A stretch of DNA of 64,000 bases from Azolla caroliniana (taxonomy: Eukaryota; Plantae; Polypodiophyta), in the NCBI GenBank assembly GCA_043228905.1, contig JBHGNT010000007.1, positions 9,548,001 through 9,612,000 of the forward strand, read 5' to 3'. Made by a program: the position numbers and the translations under genes. The notes beneath the pieces were generated by a model. The model had not been told where the DNA came from. It searched no databases and saw nothing but the letters and a program-made list of their open reading frames with translations. This document shows, piece by piece, positions 27,201 to 39,046 of the stretch. Numbering within the stretch: the stretch's first letter is position 1; the number at the start of each line of letters is the position of its first letter.

Positions 27201-30200
27201 CACCATTATATATATCATTGCTTACAACTTACGGTGCAAGTCTAGGTATAAGGGTTTGAGTACACAAAATGAAGCTTCTAGAGCTTGTTTAGGATCAAGG
27301 GGTTCAGAAGATGATCATTTATCAGGATTTCTGATCAAACTACAATATCCATATAACAGGTATATTTTTCTTCATTAAACAAATCGTCAGAGGTTATTCC
27401 CCTTGGTAGTGAGCAATGTAAATGTTTTAAAACAACCAGCTTTGTAGACTTGACAAGGTGAGTCTCTTGAATGAAAAGTTACCAGAACCATTTCAGGATG
27501 GTTTCTAGCATCCCAAGGATTGACTGGTTACTCTACTAGACAACTCCCACTCACTCAAGACAGTGTTGGTGAAGTGTCTTTGATAAACACTTTGTTAAAC
27601 AATCTGCCAGGTTCTCGGTGGTTTCAATCTTTACCAATTCAATTTGCCCATCCTCTATCACCTCTCTAATGAAGTGATAGTGAATGTCAATATGTTTGGT
27701 CCTTGCGTGGTAAACAAGGTTCTTTGCCAAACATATGGCACTTTGGTTATCACAATGTAGGATTGGAATTTGCTTTGGGAGTCCAAGCTCACTACACAAG
27801 AGAGTTGACCAAATGGCCTCCTTTGAAGCCTCTATAGTTGATATATACCCAGCTTCTGTAGTAGAGAGTGCAACGATTTGTTGCAGCCTCAAACACCACG
27901 AAGTGGCCCAATGGCTTTGTCCAGGTTGACTCATAAATCTGCTTACTACCCCTACTACATATGCAAATATCAGATCATGTTGATACCATTGCATACATCA
28001 ATGATCCATAAGCTGAAGCTACCCCTACTACATATGCAATATCAGATTGTGTTGATACCATTGCATACATCAATGATCCATAAGCTGAAATGGGATAATG
28101 TGCTTTTGAAAGCTTTTCTTGTGATTGAAGAGGCATTGAAGATGGCTTTGTATCAGTTATCTGAACGCTGTAAGCTCTCTCTTGATTCCATTTTCTGCAC
28201 AAAAATCTGTAAATCGGCTGCTAATGTATTCTCCTCCATTGTCTGTCATCAGACATTTCAGTTTCAAGCCTATTTAAGTAGTGATAAAGGCATGAAAGTT
28301 TCTGAAAATAGTGAGCACTTCAGTCTTATCCACTAGAAAATATGCCCAACACTTTCTAGAGTAATCATCAATGAAAGTTACAAAATGTAAGGAGCTTTCT
28401 AAGGATATAGTAGGCATAGTACAAAAATCAGAATGTATGAGTTCAAGTGGTGTTGTTTTCCTTGAAGAACCAGTGCTATAAGAACTTTTTATTTGTTTTC
28501 CATAACGGTAATCATTGCAAAAATCAAGCTTATTACCTTCGGTCACCAGCTTTTGAGAAGAGAGTAGAATGTCCAAACCCTTTTGGCTTATATGACCTAA
28601 CCTTTTGTGCCATAATTCGACTCCATTTTCTGCATCCGCAACAACAATAAATTGACTAGGAAGAGCTCAACCTGAGAGGTAATACAGTGTACCCCTCTTG
28701 ATTCCTCGGGCAATTAGTCTTGTTCCACGAACAATCTTCTAGGCTCCACTTGTGAAGATTGTAGAATAGCCTTGTAAGTCAAGCTGTCCCACAGACAGCA
28801 AGCTCTTCTTAATCCCGGGAACATACCTAACTTGGTCTAGTGTTAGCTCTTGACCATTCTCCATGGCCACTCAAACAACACCCACCAAGTCCTTCAATGT
28901 TGCAGGTATGGTTATTGCCAAGGTAAACCTTCCCAAAGTTGCCTACAAAAAATGAGAGAAAGCACTCCTTAGGAGTGCAATGAAAAGAGGCACTAGAGTC
29001 AATTATCCAAGTTTGCATGACAGAATCTTGTATAGCTAACGATGCATTTACTATAGCTGTATTAGTAATTTTGATGTCTGCAGCACACAATGTCCTCTGT
29101 GTCAAGAATCTCCTCAATGATGATTCCAGAGGCTATATTCGCCTTCTCCCTCTCTTTTCCTTTGTTATTGTCCGCATCGTGTGTCTTTTCTGATGTATCT
29201 TTTTTATTCTTGTTTTTTCTTTCAAGCTCTTGTTTATAAAATCTACAATCAGGCTTTTTATGCCATTTACAGCCACACTAAAAGCCAGCAATTCCTTACC
29301 ATGCTTTTGCTTCTGGATCTTTGCATTGCACATTCTTTATTACAGCTCTCCCTCTTATTATGTTGGCAGAACTAGAAGACTCCCCAGTTGCTTTTCGACG
29401 AATTTCTTCATTGAGGATTGCTCCTTTAATTCCATCAAATGTAAGGCTTGCACTATTTGAGAGTTAGATTACAAGCGCCTCCCATGTTTCAAGCGATGTC
29501 ATGAGTAAATAGATAGTCTTCATTTTGTCATCAAAGATTTGCAATCCTACATCTTGAAGTTGATTGAGTAAACCATTAAATGTGGAAATGTGTTCAGCTG
29601 CAGACTTCGCATCTTCAAATCATGCAGCAATGAGCCTTCTCATCAGGTGAACTTGATTCACTGCAGTGGTTGACTCGTACATAGTCTTCAGTTTGCTCTA
29701 TACCTCATGACCATTAGTCGGCCCCTTGATATTTCCTAAAACTTCATCTGATACTACCATATAAATGTGAGCAACTGCCTTACGATTGAGCAGTTTCCAA
29801 GTCGCATCATCCATACCAGCTGATTTGTTTTCCTCCAATGCTTCTGCACATCCTTGTAAGTAAAGTGTGCTTTCCATTGTAACCTTCGATAAGTCGAATC
29901 CAGTGCCATCAAATTTCTATAATTCTACCCCAACATTGGCTGATGTATTTGCCATGGTGAAAGAAGGATTACAGAACAGACACAAAAAACAAAACTCCCA
30001 CTTATTCAAAGTAGAGACTAAGCAATGGAGATCCTGAGAGGATTCAACGCTTGCTCAGATACCAGTTGTAAGGAAGTAGAAGATAGAATGACAGTTTTCT
30101 GAAATATATAAAGGCAGAGATATAGAAACTAAAAACAATTATGGGGTTTAACACATAGGAAGGATTAAAGAAATAGAAGTAGTTCTGCAAAACAAAAGCC

Positions 30201-33200
30201 TACTACTTAAAAAAGAATACAAGGTAGACGTGCATGTATATATATATATATATATATATATACATAGAATATGCTCTTAGAAGAAGAGCCTTAAATACTA
30301 ATGTAACAACTAAGTTATGGCCTCATAAATACCTATTTAATGCTGAGTGGAATCTTGTACAAGGATCCCATTCAACCTACAAACAATATTCTTTTGGAAG
30401 TTGTAGTACAGCTCTGAAAACGAGAGTGTACAACTTTAACAAGAATTAGAATATATTAAATAATATAAACTCGTTTTCTAGTTTAGTTAGAGAAACCTAA
30501 AGAGCCTTTAATCCCACATTTTACGACTCCTCTTAACACACAGTGTGTCTTGTCCCTCTTTAAACACTAACAATCTATATGCTATTTTTTGTGTGCACAC
30601 ACATACCCAGAGGTATTTGTTACGTGACACCCTATCATTACTACTGTGCGTATTATGTCTGAAATATACTCTCTTACTTTGATTTATTGGTTCAGCCATT
30701 ATGCCTATGTTTTTCCGTGGTACAAGACCTCTGAATCTCCATTTCTTCAAGTCAGGTGCTTTCTCCTTTGCATTTGCACATGAATGTGACACATGACGAT
30801 GCCCGCGACAAGTTATTGGAAATTGAACTCCATCCCACATGCGACAGCATAGTTTGCTTGCTAGTTCATCAGCACAAGGGTAATGAAAGCTACGACGACA
30901 TGCCTTCACACGGCAACCCAAGGTAGCTCCAAATTCTCGACATGCAGAACATGTCTGTGCATAGGACCAGATAGAAACACATCTAATTGTTTACATAATC
31001 AAAAAGAAAATTGAAAAATAACATAAATATATGCATTATCTTTACTAGAATTCCTCACCAAAGTCTTCCCACGTTTTACTGCATTGCATAAACCTTGAAG
31101 CACTTCTCCTTCCTCATATACCTACACGTTAAGAAAAAGACATGTAGTCTGATTTTTCTGATAGATCGATGATCAGTTGACAAATAAGATGTACGTCCCA
31201 ATTTCTACTGATGAACAAAAGTCAGACATAATTATACGAAAAACATAAAAATTCAACAAAAATGAAGATATGCATAGTGTCATTAAAAACAACAATGTCA
31301 GACATGTGGCAGTTTACAAATATACGATGCACTACATGCATGGATGAATGTGTATATATACATATATCCCTGATTAAATAGAGTTGTTTACAAAGAGGGT
31401 ATAGCATTAGCTACTAACCTCAGATGACCATAGACCACACATTTTATGGACAACTCCACTCAAAGATATGGCATCATTCTTCTTGATCTTATTGCTCTTT
31501 TTTGAAGACATTCCTGACTTCAACTTTCTACAAAAACAAAAACTCAACCTTTCAGAACTCAAAAAAAAACAATAACAACAGACTATATTGACATACAGTT
31601 TGAGAGCCGAACTGCAGGTGCAATAATGTAGCCGTGATCCACAACACCATGAATACCATTCACCCATCAGTAATGATGGGCCTCTATGGCATAAGTCACA
31701 TAACATGCCAATCTCCCACATATGCGGCTTCAATACAACCATTTTTGATAAAATCGCCTTTTCAGCCACAATAACAGGATCTTTACATTTCTCATTAAGA
31801 ACCACAAAAGGCAATGTGTTCTTATCAATCATCCTCTTTTTCCTGCGTTGGGAGCCCATAGTTGTTGAATGGAATGTTACTCCTTCAAAATGTGGTTCGT
31901 TTTCCATTACGGTTGTTGAATTTTGAGTAAGGCTTTGGGTACTCTTGTTGCTTTGAGAGCAACCTGCATGAATTGTTTCCACTTTAACCTTAGGCAGGAT
32001 AGCCTCATCTTTTAACAATATGTCATTCTCAGTAAAATTGTTGGTGCAGGTAGCTACACTTTCTTCCAGAGATGCTATTCTCGTAATCTTCTGCTCTTTA
32101 TCCACAATCTCTTGATCTCTTCTCCATGCAGCAATATTTTTTTCGGGATTGATTTTCATATTCTCTTTCTTTTTCACTTCAGCTCCCTGACCTCTTAAAC
32201 ATACATCACTATTGAAATCATCTTTCTTTATGCACTCATCTTCACTATGATCTAAAATAATCACCCCCTTTTGTTTTGTGATGCCTTCAGCTCTGCCTGA
32301 CCCATAACCCATCCATGTTTCTGAGGCTTGGGACGCTGGAATAAGAAAGAAAGGAAATCAAAAACCTTTGCGAAAAAATGCACAAACATTACCTTATCGT
32401 ATCCAAGATTGAATTCTTGAGTAAAATATGAATCTAAAAAAGAACAGTTGATCATCAAACAAAGAGTGCCTGTACATATTTCATGGAATGCATGAGCTCA
32501 ATTCTCATGGCAGCTCACATGTGTGACATAGAATCAAGTACTTTTGAAGGAATGACCATAAAAAAGATCTAGAGATTGTATAAAGAATGATAATAGTACT
32601 TCTAAATGTTACAATATTACGTATTATTACATCCAAATATTATGAACTCACTCTGCTGAAGAATGGGACCTTTCTAAGTATAAGATAGGTCTTAACCCTC
32701 TATCCTTCTTTTCCAAATTGTAAAAGGACTGGTGAACACTAACACAGTATAATTCTTTCACAGCACAAGGGTGAAACTGATACGGGAATTCTAGAGATAC
32801 AACAAACAGATTATTGATTTCCATATGCCTACCTAAAGGACAGTATCCTAAAGAACATATGCATATCCTGTGTAAATTCTATGGTGCTAATAATTTACTT
32901 TGAGATTATTCCAAATCATTTTCCTCACTTGACATGGAGGGAGATTTTCCATTATGGCAATCAGAAGTGGCTTGGGAGGTGAACTCTTGAGATGCGCCTT
33001 ACAGGGCAAAGGACCCAAAACACTAGGCAAAATCCCCAGTCCTTACTCTATAGCTTTTTGTTTTCCTCAATGGTGAGTAATGCAACCTCAGCAAATAATT
33101 AGTGAGTAATTCATGACAGACAGATATACAAACAAATATTCTCACTCTATCCTTTTTTTACATCTCTATATACCTAAGTGTTGGATTTATTTTTTTTAAA

Positions 33201-34814
33201 TGCCAGTTTGCACCTGAAAGATTTTTTTTTTGTGAAAACAAGGACCATATATTATCTGTATGGAAATCTGCAATTGCATTCTGCCTGATTCTGAGAGAAG
33301 TACAAACGATTGTATATACAATGGCTGAGGCTGAAAACCTCATTCATGTTGTTGAGAGATACTATATAGAATGAAGCATTCTGGAGCCATCATATGAAGT
33401 TGGTGGAAGCACATTAGATATTGATCAACACATAATTTAAGTATAGGTTAACGTGAAGATTTACTTAATATGACCCAAGTGAAAGCATAATCAAAGTGGA
33501 AAAACCTGATGCATAATTTTCCCTGTATAAAAGCATAATGACCTTTCAATGTATATGAATAATTTCAAAGAAAGTTTACTTTTTTGGTTTAAATTGTGTT
33601 GAAGAATTGATTGCTGATGTAATGGAGATGTAAAGTTGCACGATACATCCAGTGTCTCACTTTTTGCTGCTCCAGCATTCAGATAATGTTCCTTTGCAAC
33701 CCTAATGACTCCATGTAAAGAATCTCTAGGTAGGTCAAGCTTGACATCAATGAGTTTGTTACTTTCAATTGCTGACTTTGACTTCTTTGAAAGGTTTATT
33801 GTAGCTTGATCCTTATCTTCTTCTTTTTCAAAATCTGTAAGAATACATCTCAATACTGCACATTTAGAAAAATGCCTGATGACCACACTGCTAAAGGCAT
33901 ATGTAGTCTTCAATATTCAGATAACTACAATAACACATCCTTGTGCATAGGCATAAAGACTATAGATGTTCGTACACCTGTCATACATTTATCTAAGTTT
34001 ATATACATAAATTGCTTTATGATTGCCAATATATGATCATGCAAACTAGGTATTGATGAAAAATGGAAAGGAAAACATACCTTGAATGAGACTACAATCT
34101 CCCATGACTCCCATATTATTGTCCCCCGTAGCTGTATTCATGGAGCACATATGCTTCGCAATTCCTCTCTTGTGACATCCACTTCTGTGCATCATTTTAG
34201 AATACTTTCTAGTTTCTTCATCAGCATGATCACTCGATTGACGAGAGCCGCAATGGCACTGATTCTTCTTTGAGGAGGAACTTGGTTTTCTTCTCTTCTT
34301 GTAATAAACCCTTGCTATCTCATCGACTCTATCATCTAATAGCCAGCTTTTGCAGCTATCATAACCACACCAACCACAAGAAGCAACACTTTTACGGAAT
34401 CGTCTTGATAACTTTCTATGGACATGTGACCGTTTTTTGTTTCTACATTGTTCCCAATAACAAACTTTAACTAGGTCATTTTTGCTTTCTTTCTTGTCGG
34501 ACACTTTACTTAAATCATGATAATCACTTTGTTTGCATTGATGTTTGCAGACATTTTTCCTCCCCCATTTGTATGCATGTTTAGGAATTGGTATTGGTGT
34601 TGATCGCTCTCGTGAATACTTTACATTCCCCTTAAAGAAGCATTGACAAGCCAAACCACTAATTCCTTTGAACCTTTTGTGGCGATGCAGTCCATGATCA
34701 TCGCTACTAGTGCTTTCTTCACTGATGCTATTGCTGCCACTACTATCATTATAGTAGCTGCTGCTGCCATTGCTACTACTATCATTGTTGGTCGAAGAAT
34801 TTGTCATTGTCAAA
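23396..34814 (-). CDS. SUVR5-like histone-lysine N-methyltransferase (pre-SET, SET, post-SET) with an upstream extended PHD (zf-HC5HC2H-type) finger; 5' end uncertain
   Basis: Phase-compatible 3' exons 26584-26466, 26031-25822, 25744-25519, 25436-25276, 24567-24478, 24357-24259, 23636-23396 give [74 protein letters not shown] and [10 protein letters not shown]. Exons 32335-31597, 31527-31419, 31121-31059, 30954-~30607 give CDLC...[12 protein letters not shown]...VKRGKTLTCSAC...[18 protein letters not shown]...CRGH. Further exons at 34814-34081, 33834-~33506 and 26828-~26690. Confidence 0.82.
27400..30430 (-). mobile_element. Internally deleted Ty1/Copia remnant inside an intron of the SET gene
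   Basis: PBS TGGTATCTGAGC (tRNA-iMet type) at ~30053-30064. Decayed gag, protease [10 protein letters not shown], integrase [15 protein letters not shown], RNase [17 protein letters not shown]-like GTGAGTGGGAG at ~27544-27554. Most of IN and RT is deleted. Confidence 0.85.
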
Positions 34815-35460
34815 CTAGGAAATCCTAAACATGATCAGTATTCAACATCAACGTAAATCATGCTATCGGAAGTAAGTTCAATGCTCTAGATATTTCCTAT
34901 GAAGCATGCAAAAAAATTTGAAAACAGGACTTTAATAAATAGGTAGAAAGATTGATTGGATCTGGGTACGAAATAGAGCAAATATAAATACTTTATTTAT
35001 GGCAAAGGGAAGGATACCTGCGTTTCTATAGCTCTTTGGCGTAAAACAAAAGGGGATTTTTGAAATCAAACAATGGAAGGTGATGGAGAGAGGAAGGTCA
35101 CCTGCGCCTCGAGTTTTGCTCTTTTGACGGTGATCTCAGAGTGTGAGAGTGAAGAAGGAGGGGATCGCCATGGCCAAAGCTTGTGAGCTCTCTCGGACAC
35201 ACGCAGAGAAGATATACACAAATATAACATAACATAACATAACATTGTAAATTGTAATGGAAGAATGAATACATACATACATACATAAATACATACATAC
35301 ATACATACATACATACATACATAATAAATAAAGTCTGGAAACTCTTGTGTGGTGTGTTTTTTTGGGGGGGGCTGAAAACACACCAAATATATTAAAACAA
35401 AATAAGTGTGTGAAAAAACACTACTCTATCACCCGATCAATCCACCACCACCAGTTACAA

Positions 35461-36172
35461 CATCCTTCTTCTCAGCCTTTTTATTGCTTCTTGTATCTTC
35501 TGCTTGCTTTTTTACTAATGCCATTCCTTTCATCGGTGATATGCTTCTTGAAAATGTTTGCAATGGGATTAGAGACCTTTCGTTATTTTACAAAAATAAC
35601 CGATACATCCTTCACAGCTCCTCCACCTTGTCATCTCTCCGCAATGCATGGCATCCTGAATGTTCCTTTTCCCATAGTTGTTGCTCATATTGGGTAAGCA
35701 ACTCATGTTGAACTTTCTCCAACAGTTTTGGTTCACTGCTTGCATGTAAATAATGCCCAACTCTTTCTTTTTCTCGCTTCATTACGCCAAATACCTGAAA
35801 ACATTAGGTTTCTTAATGTCTCTCTCCAAGTATTCCCTTGCAATCAAGTCTTCAATCCTCTTCTTGATAATCTTGAAATCAGGCTTGAACATCCACCCAA
35901 GTTGTCGCACATTCTAGCATTAGTTGTTTATGTGGTACCACTTTTCTACTCTTCGTTATTCTTACAATAGATGCATCAATTGCATCAAAGTCAAATCAGT
36001 GACCATACCCTCCAATTTTGGAGGTAAAATGACTTCCACACTGTTGCTTCAGCTTTGTGAGAATACTCCATTCATGATCATCATTTGCACTCTTGTCAAA
36101 TAGAAACCTCTGATCAAGCTTTTTCCTGTAGAATTCTACAAACAGATCCTTATCACTGATGTATGCAAGAAT
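35461..36172 (-). pseudogene. CUL1: Scrambled intronless Cullin-1 fragments
   Basis: In order on the minus strand: [18 protein letters not shown]...[20 protein letters not shown]; then AIDASIVRI.KSRK...[25 protein letters not shown]...RYLA*; then [28 protein letters not shown]...[14 protein letters not shown]...IANIFKKHITDE. Contains frameshifts and stops. Confidence 0.9.
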
Positions 36173-36424
36173 TACACCTTCATGCTGCAATTCAATAAAA
36201 AGATGAAATGCTTCCTCTTCTTCCCCTTCTTTGTTGCTGCTATATGCTTCACTTAAAGTATTCGAAGAGACTACAATCATCTCACACATATCTTCAAATG
36301 TCGATGGAGCTTCTTCCAAAGCACCACATTTGCCATACATATCGATGAGTAAAATATTGACCATGACATCTTTTTCAATCTCATCCCAAACCACATGTTC
36401 ATGAATAATATACCCATCTCTCAA
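36173..36424 (-). pseudogene. PLS-class PPR gene fragment fused in frame to the CUL1 fragment
   Basis: [35 protein letters not shown]...VVS.N.L..AY...[15 protein letters not shown] is a typical L-S-P motif series. Confidence 0.85.
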
Positions 36425-36758
36425 TGACCCTCGAGAAAATATGCTTCAACCCCTACACCTTCTTCACTCATCCTTATAACAAAAAAGTATTCATTCAGTC
36501 CACATCAATCATCTCGCCGATTATGCCAAGTTCCTGTACAACTAAAAACGAAATAAACCTAGACTATTTCCTCCTCCCTCATGATCTACTTCGGCTCCGA
36601 CACCGTCGTCACTAGTCCTCTCATCATATTACTATGCTTCAATCCCTATCGCCACACCATCAACACACATCATAATGAGAAACCTAAAATCTTCTTCATC
36701 CAGTCCACAACAACATCTTAATGAGCCAACCATCTTGGCATCTCGCCAATGGCCACGG

Positions 36759-39046
36759 TAGGGATCGACAACGGTTCGGTTTAGGCTTAGCCGGTTTGGC
36801 TTGGATCAGGCCAAACCGGCTAAGCCTAGACCGTTTACGAGATCTCAAACCTGAGCCAAGCCGGTTCACAAACCGGTTTAGAAACCTCCCTCTCTCTCTC
36901 TCTCTCTCTCTTGGATGATCCACTATATACTGGTAAACGGCTTGTAAACCGGTTTGGTAGTAAACGGCTTGTAAACCGGTTTAGAAACCTCCCGCATCCC
37001 TCTCACTCCTAGAGAGACAATGCCACCAAGCACACTTTCAAGAGCCACGGACTAAAGGGTGGCTCTTTGACTCATTAGTGACCCCCTCCCTCATGTATGC
37101 ATCTGCGGTTTGGGCTCCAGGATTACCATCCTTCATGTGGACGCAATTAGAGAGACCATTGGTGATGATGCTATCACGCCAACTCCGAAGCAAATCGACT
37201 GTACCACATGACATTATTAGGGCCGAGTTCACGTTACCCCCAATGCTAGTAGAGGCACTTTTTCAACTTGTAGTCTTTATTGATAGGATACATAGCCAAC
37301 CACATGATAGAATATCTCATCAAGCCTTTAAGGCCTCTCGATCATTGTATGAGTCCGGCTATACTAGCTCATGGTATGGCATGATGGTGACTTGGCTTCT
37401 TGCGAATGGTCTAGACATTAATAACCTACCTCCCCTTAGGTACAACCACACGAGTGATAACACCTTAATCTCTCATGAGAACCGCAATAAAGTAATACGC
37501 CAAGAAATATGGCAAATTCACACTCGGTGTAAATGGATCACCCCACTAGAGCCACTCCCATCTAAAATGTCGTACTATAAGAAACACTTCATGCACTTCT
37601 CTGAGTTAGGTTTTATCACACGGCCAAAATATCTAGATGTATTCTTACCACATGCACTAAGGGTTGCCATTGGACAACTTAGAATATCGTCTCACCAACT
37701 TGAGATTGAAAATGGCCGTACTAGTGGAGTCCCTAGGGAGGAAAGGATATGTAGGTTATGTCACATAGAGATAGAGGATGAGTACCACTTTACTTGCAAG
37801 TGTCCAACCTATGCCGAGATAAGGGCAAAATACCAAGACATACTTGGTCCGTCTCCCACCCTCCCCAAACTATTAGATACTCTAGATATAAAGAAATTAG
37901 GCAAATACATTTTAGAGCTAAAACAACACAGAGAGAATAAATTACAAAATGTTGACAATAATGTTGCTAATGATCACGAACATGTAACAAATGCAGTTTT
38001 TCAGGAACCTGAGGAGACAACGAATGCCGACACACTTGCACCACTCGGCCTTTCCATTGATGAGGCAGAAAACCAGAGAAGAACCAGACGTCCTCGGGTG
38101 CCGGGTTTCAAAACAACTCAACGTGATGTGGACGCAATATTGAAAATAAGGGAACGTGAGCTACACCGCCTAGAAGCCATGGCTAGGGCACTCTCTACAT
38201 TGGAACCCACATCAAGACCCTTTGACCCCCCACTTCTTTTCGAGAGGCTTGGGTGGAAATAAAATTAGGCTTAGTGTATAGTCACTTTCGAGTATACTAC
38301 ATATTGTACACTACTAGAACTCTTTTAGCTTAAGTTCTATTTTTTTTTACTTAATTTTATTTTTAGTTATGATGACTGGATAAATACTCTATTGTTGTAA
38401 ACCAATTGTCTCATGGGCCAAATTTGGCCTTAGAAGACGTTAATACATCTTTCTTTCTTTCTTTCTTTCTTTCTCTCAAATGATCCACTATATACTATAG
38501 TATACAATGTACATTCTACAAGCTCTTCCTCCCACTCTCTCTCACGTTTGTGGTCTCGACTCTCTCTCCCTCTCCCTCTCTCTCTCCCCTCTATGTAGTT
38601 CCTCTCTCTCTCTCTCCCCCCCCTCTGTGTAGTCTCTCTCTCTCTCCTTATATGTTGTCTCTCTCTCTCTCTCTCCTTATATGTTGTCTCCCTCCCTCTC
38701 TCTCTCTCCTCGTCTATGTAGTCTCTCTCTCTCTCTCCTTATATGTTGTCTCCCTCCCTCACTCTCTCTCTCTCCCATCGTCTGTTTAGTCTCCCTCACT
38801 CTATCTCTCTCTCTCTCTCTCTCTTTCCCCTTGTCTGTTGTCTCTCTCCCCCTCTCTCTAAAGTTTATAAACGGCTTAAACAGTTTAGCCGGTTTGGTGA
38901 GGCTCAAGCCAAGCCGAGCCGAGCTCAATCCGTTAAGGCAAGTTCAAGCCTAAACTGAGCCGAGCCGAGCCGCTAAGCCACTAAACCGTTTTCAAGCCGA
39001 CTAAGCCAAACAGTTTAGGCTTAAGCCGAGTCGTTGCCGATCCCTT
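36759..39046. mobile_element. Non-autonomous hAT-like DNA transposon containing a LINE insertion
   Basis: Imperfect TIRs TAGGGATCGACAACGGTTCGG and (rc) AAGGGATCGGCAACGACTCGG, similar to Ac/Ds-type termini. Subterminal AAACCG/AGCCG repeats and a CT-rich minisatellite at 38530-38860. No clean 8-bp TSD. Confidence 0.7.
37015..38475 (+). mobile_element. 5'-truncated non-LTR retrotransposon (RTEX/L2-like ORF2 C-terminus)
   Basis: ORF 37078-38262: LMYASAVW, LRISSHQLEIENGR...REERICRLCHIEIEDEYHFTCKCPTYAEIR. A short 3' UTR ends in a (TTTC)n tail at ~38447-38474. Confidence 0.8.

Noticed and set aside
38550-38958. Ser/Leu-rich ORFs
   Set aside because: Translation of the CT-rich minisatellite inside the hAT-like element.
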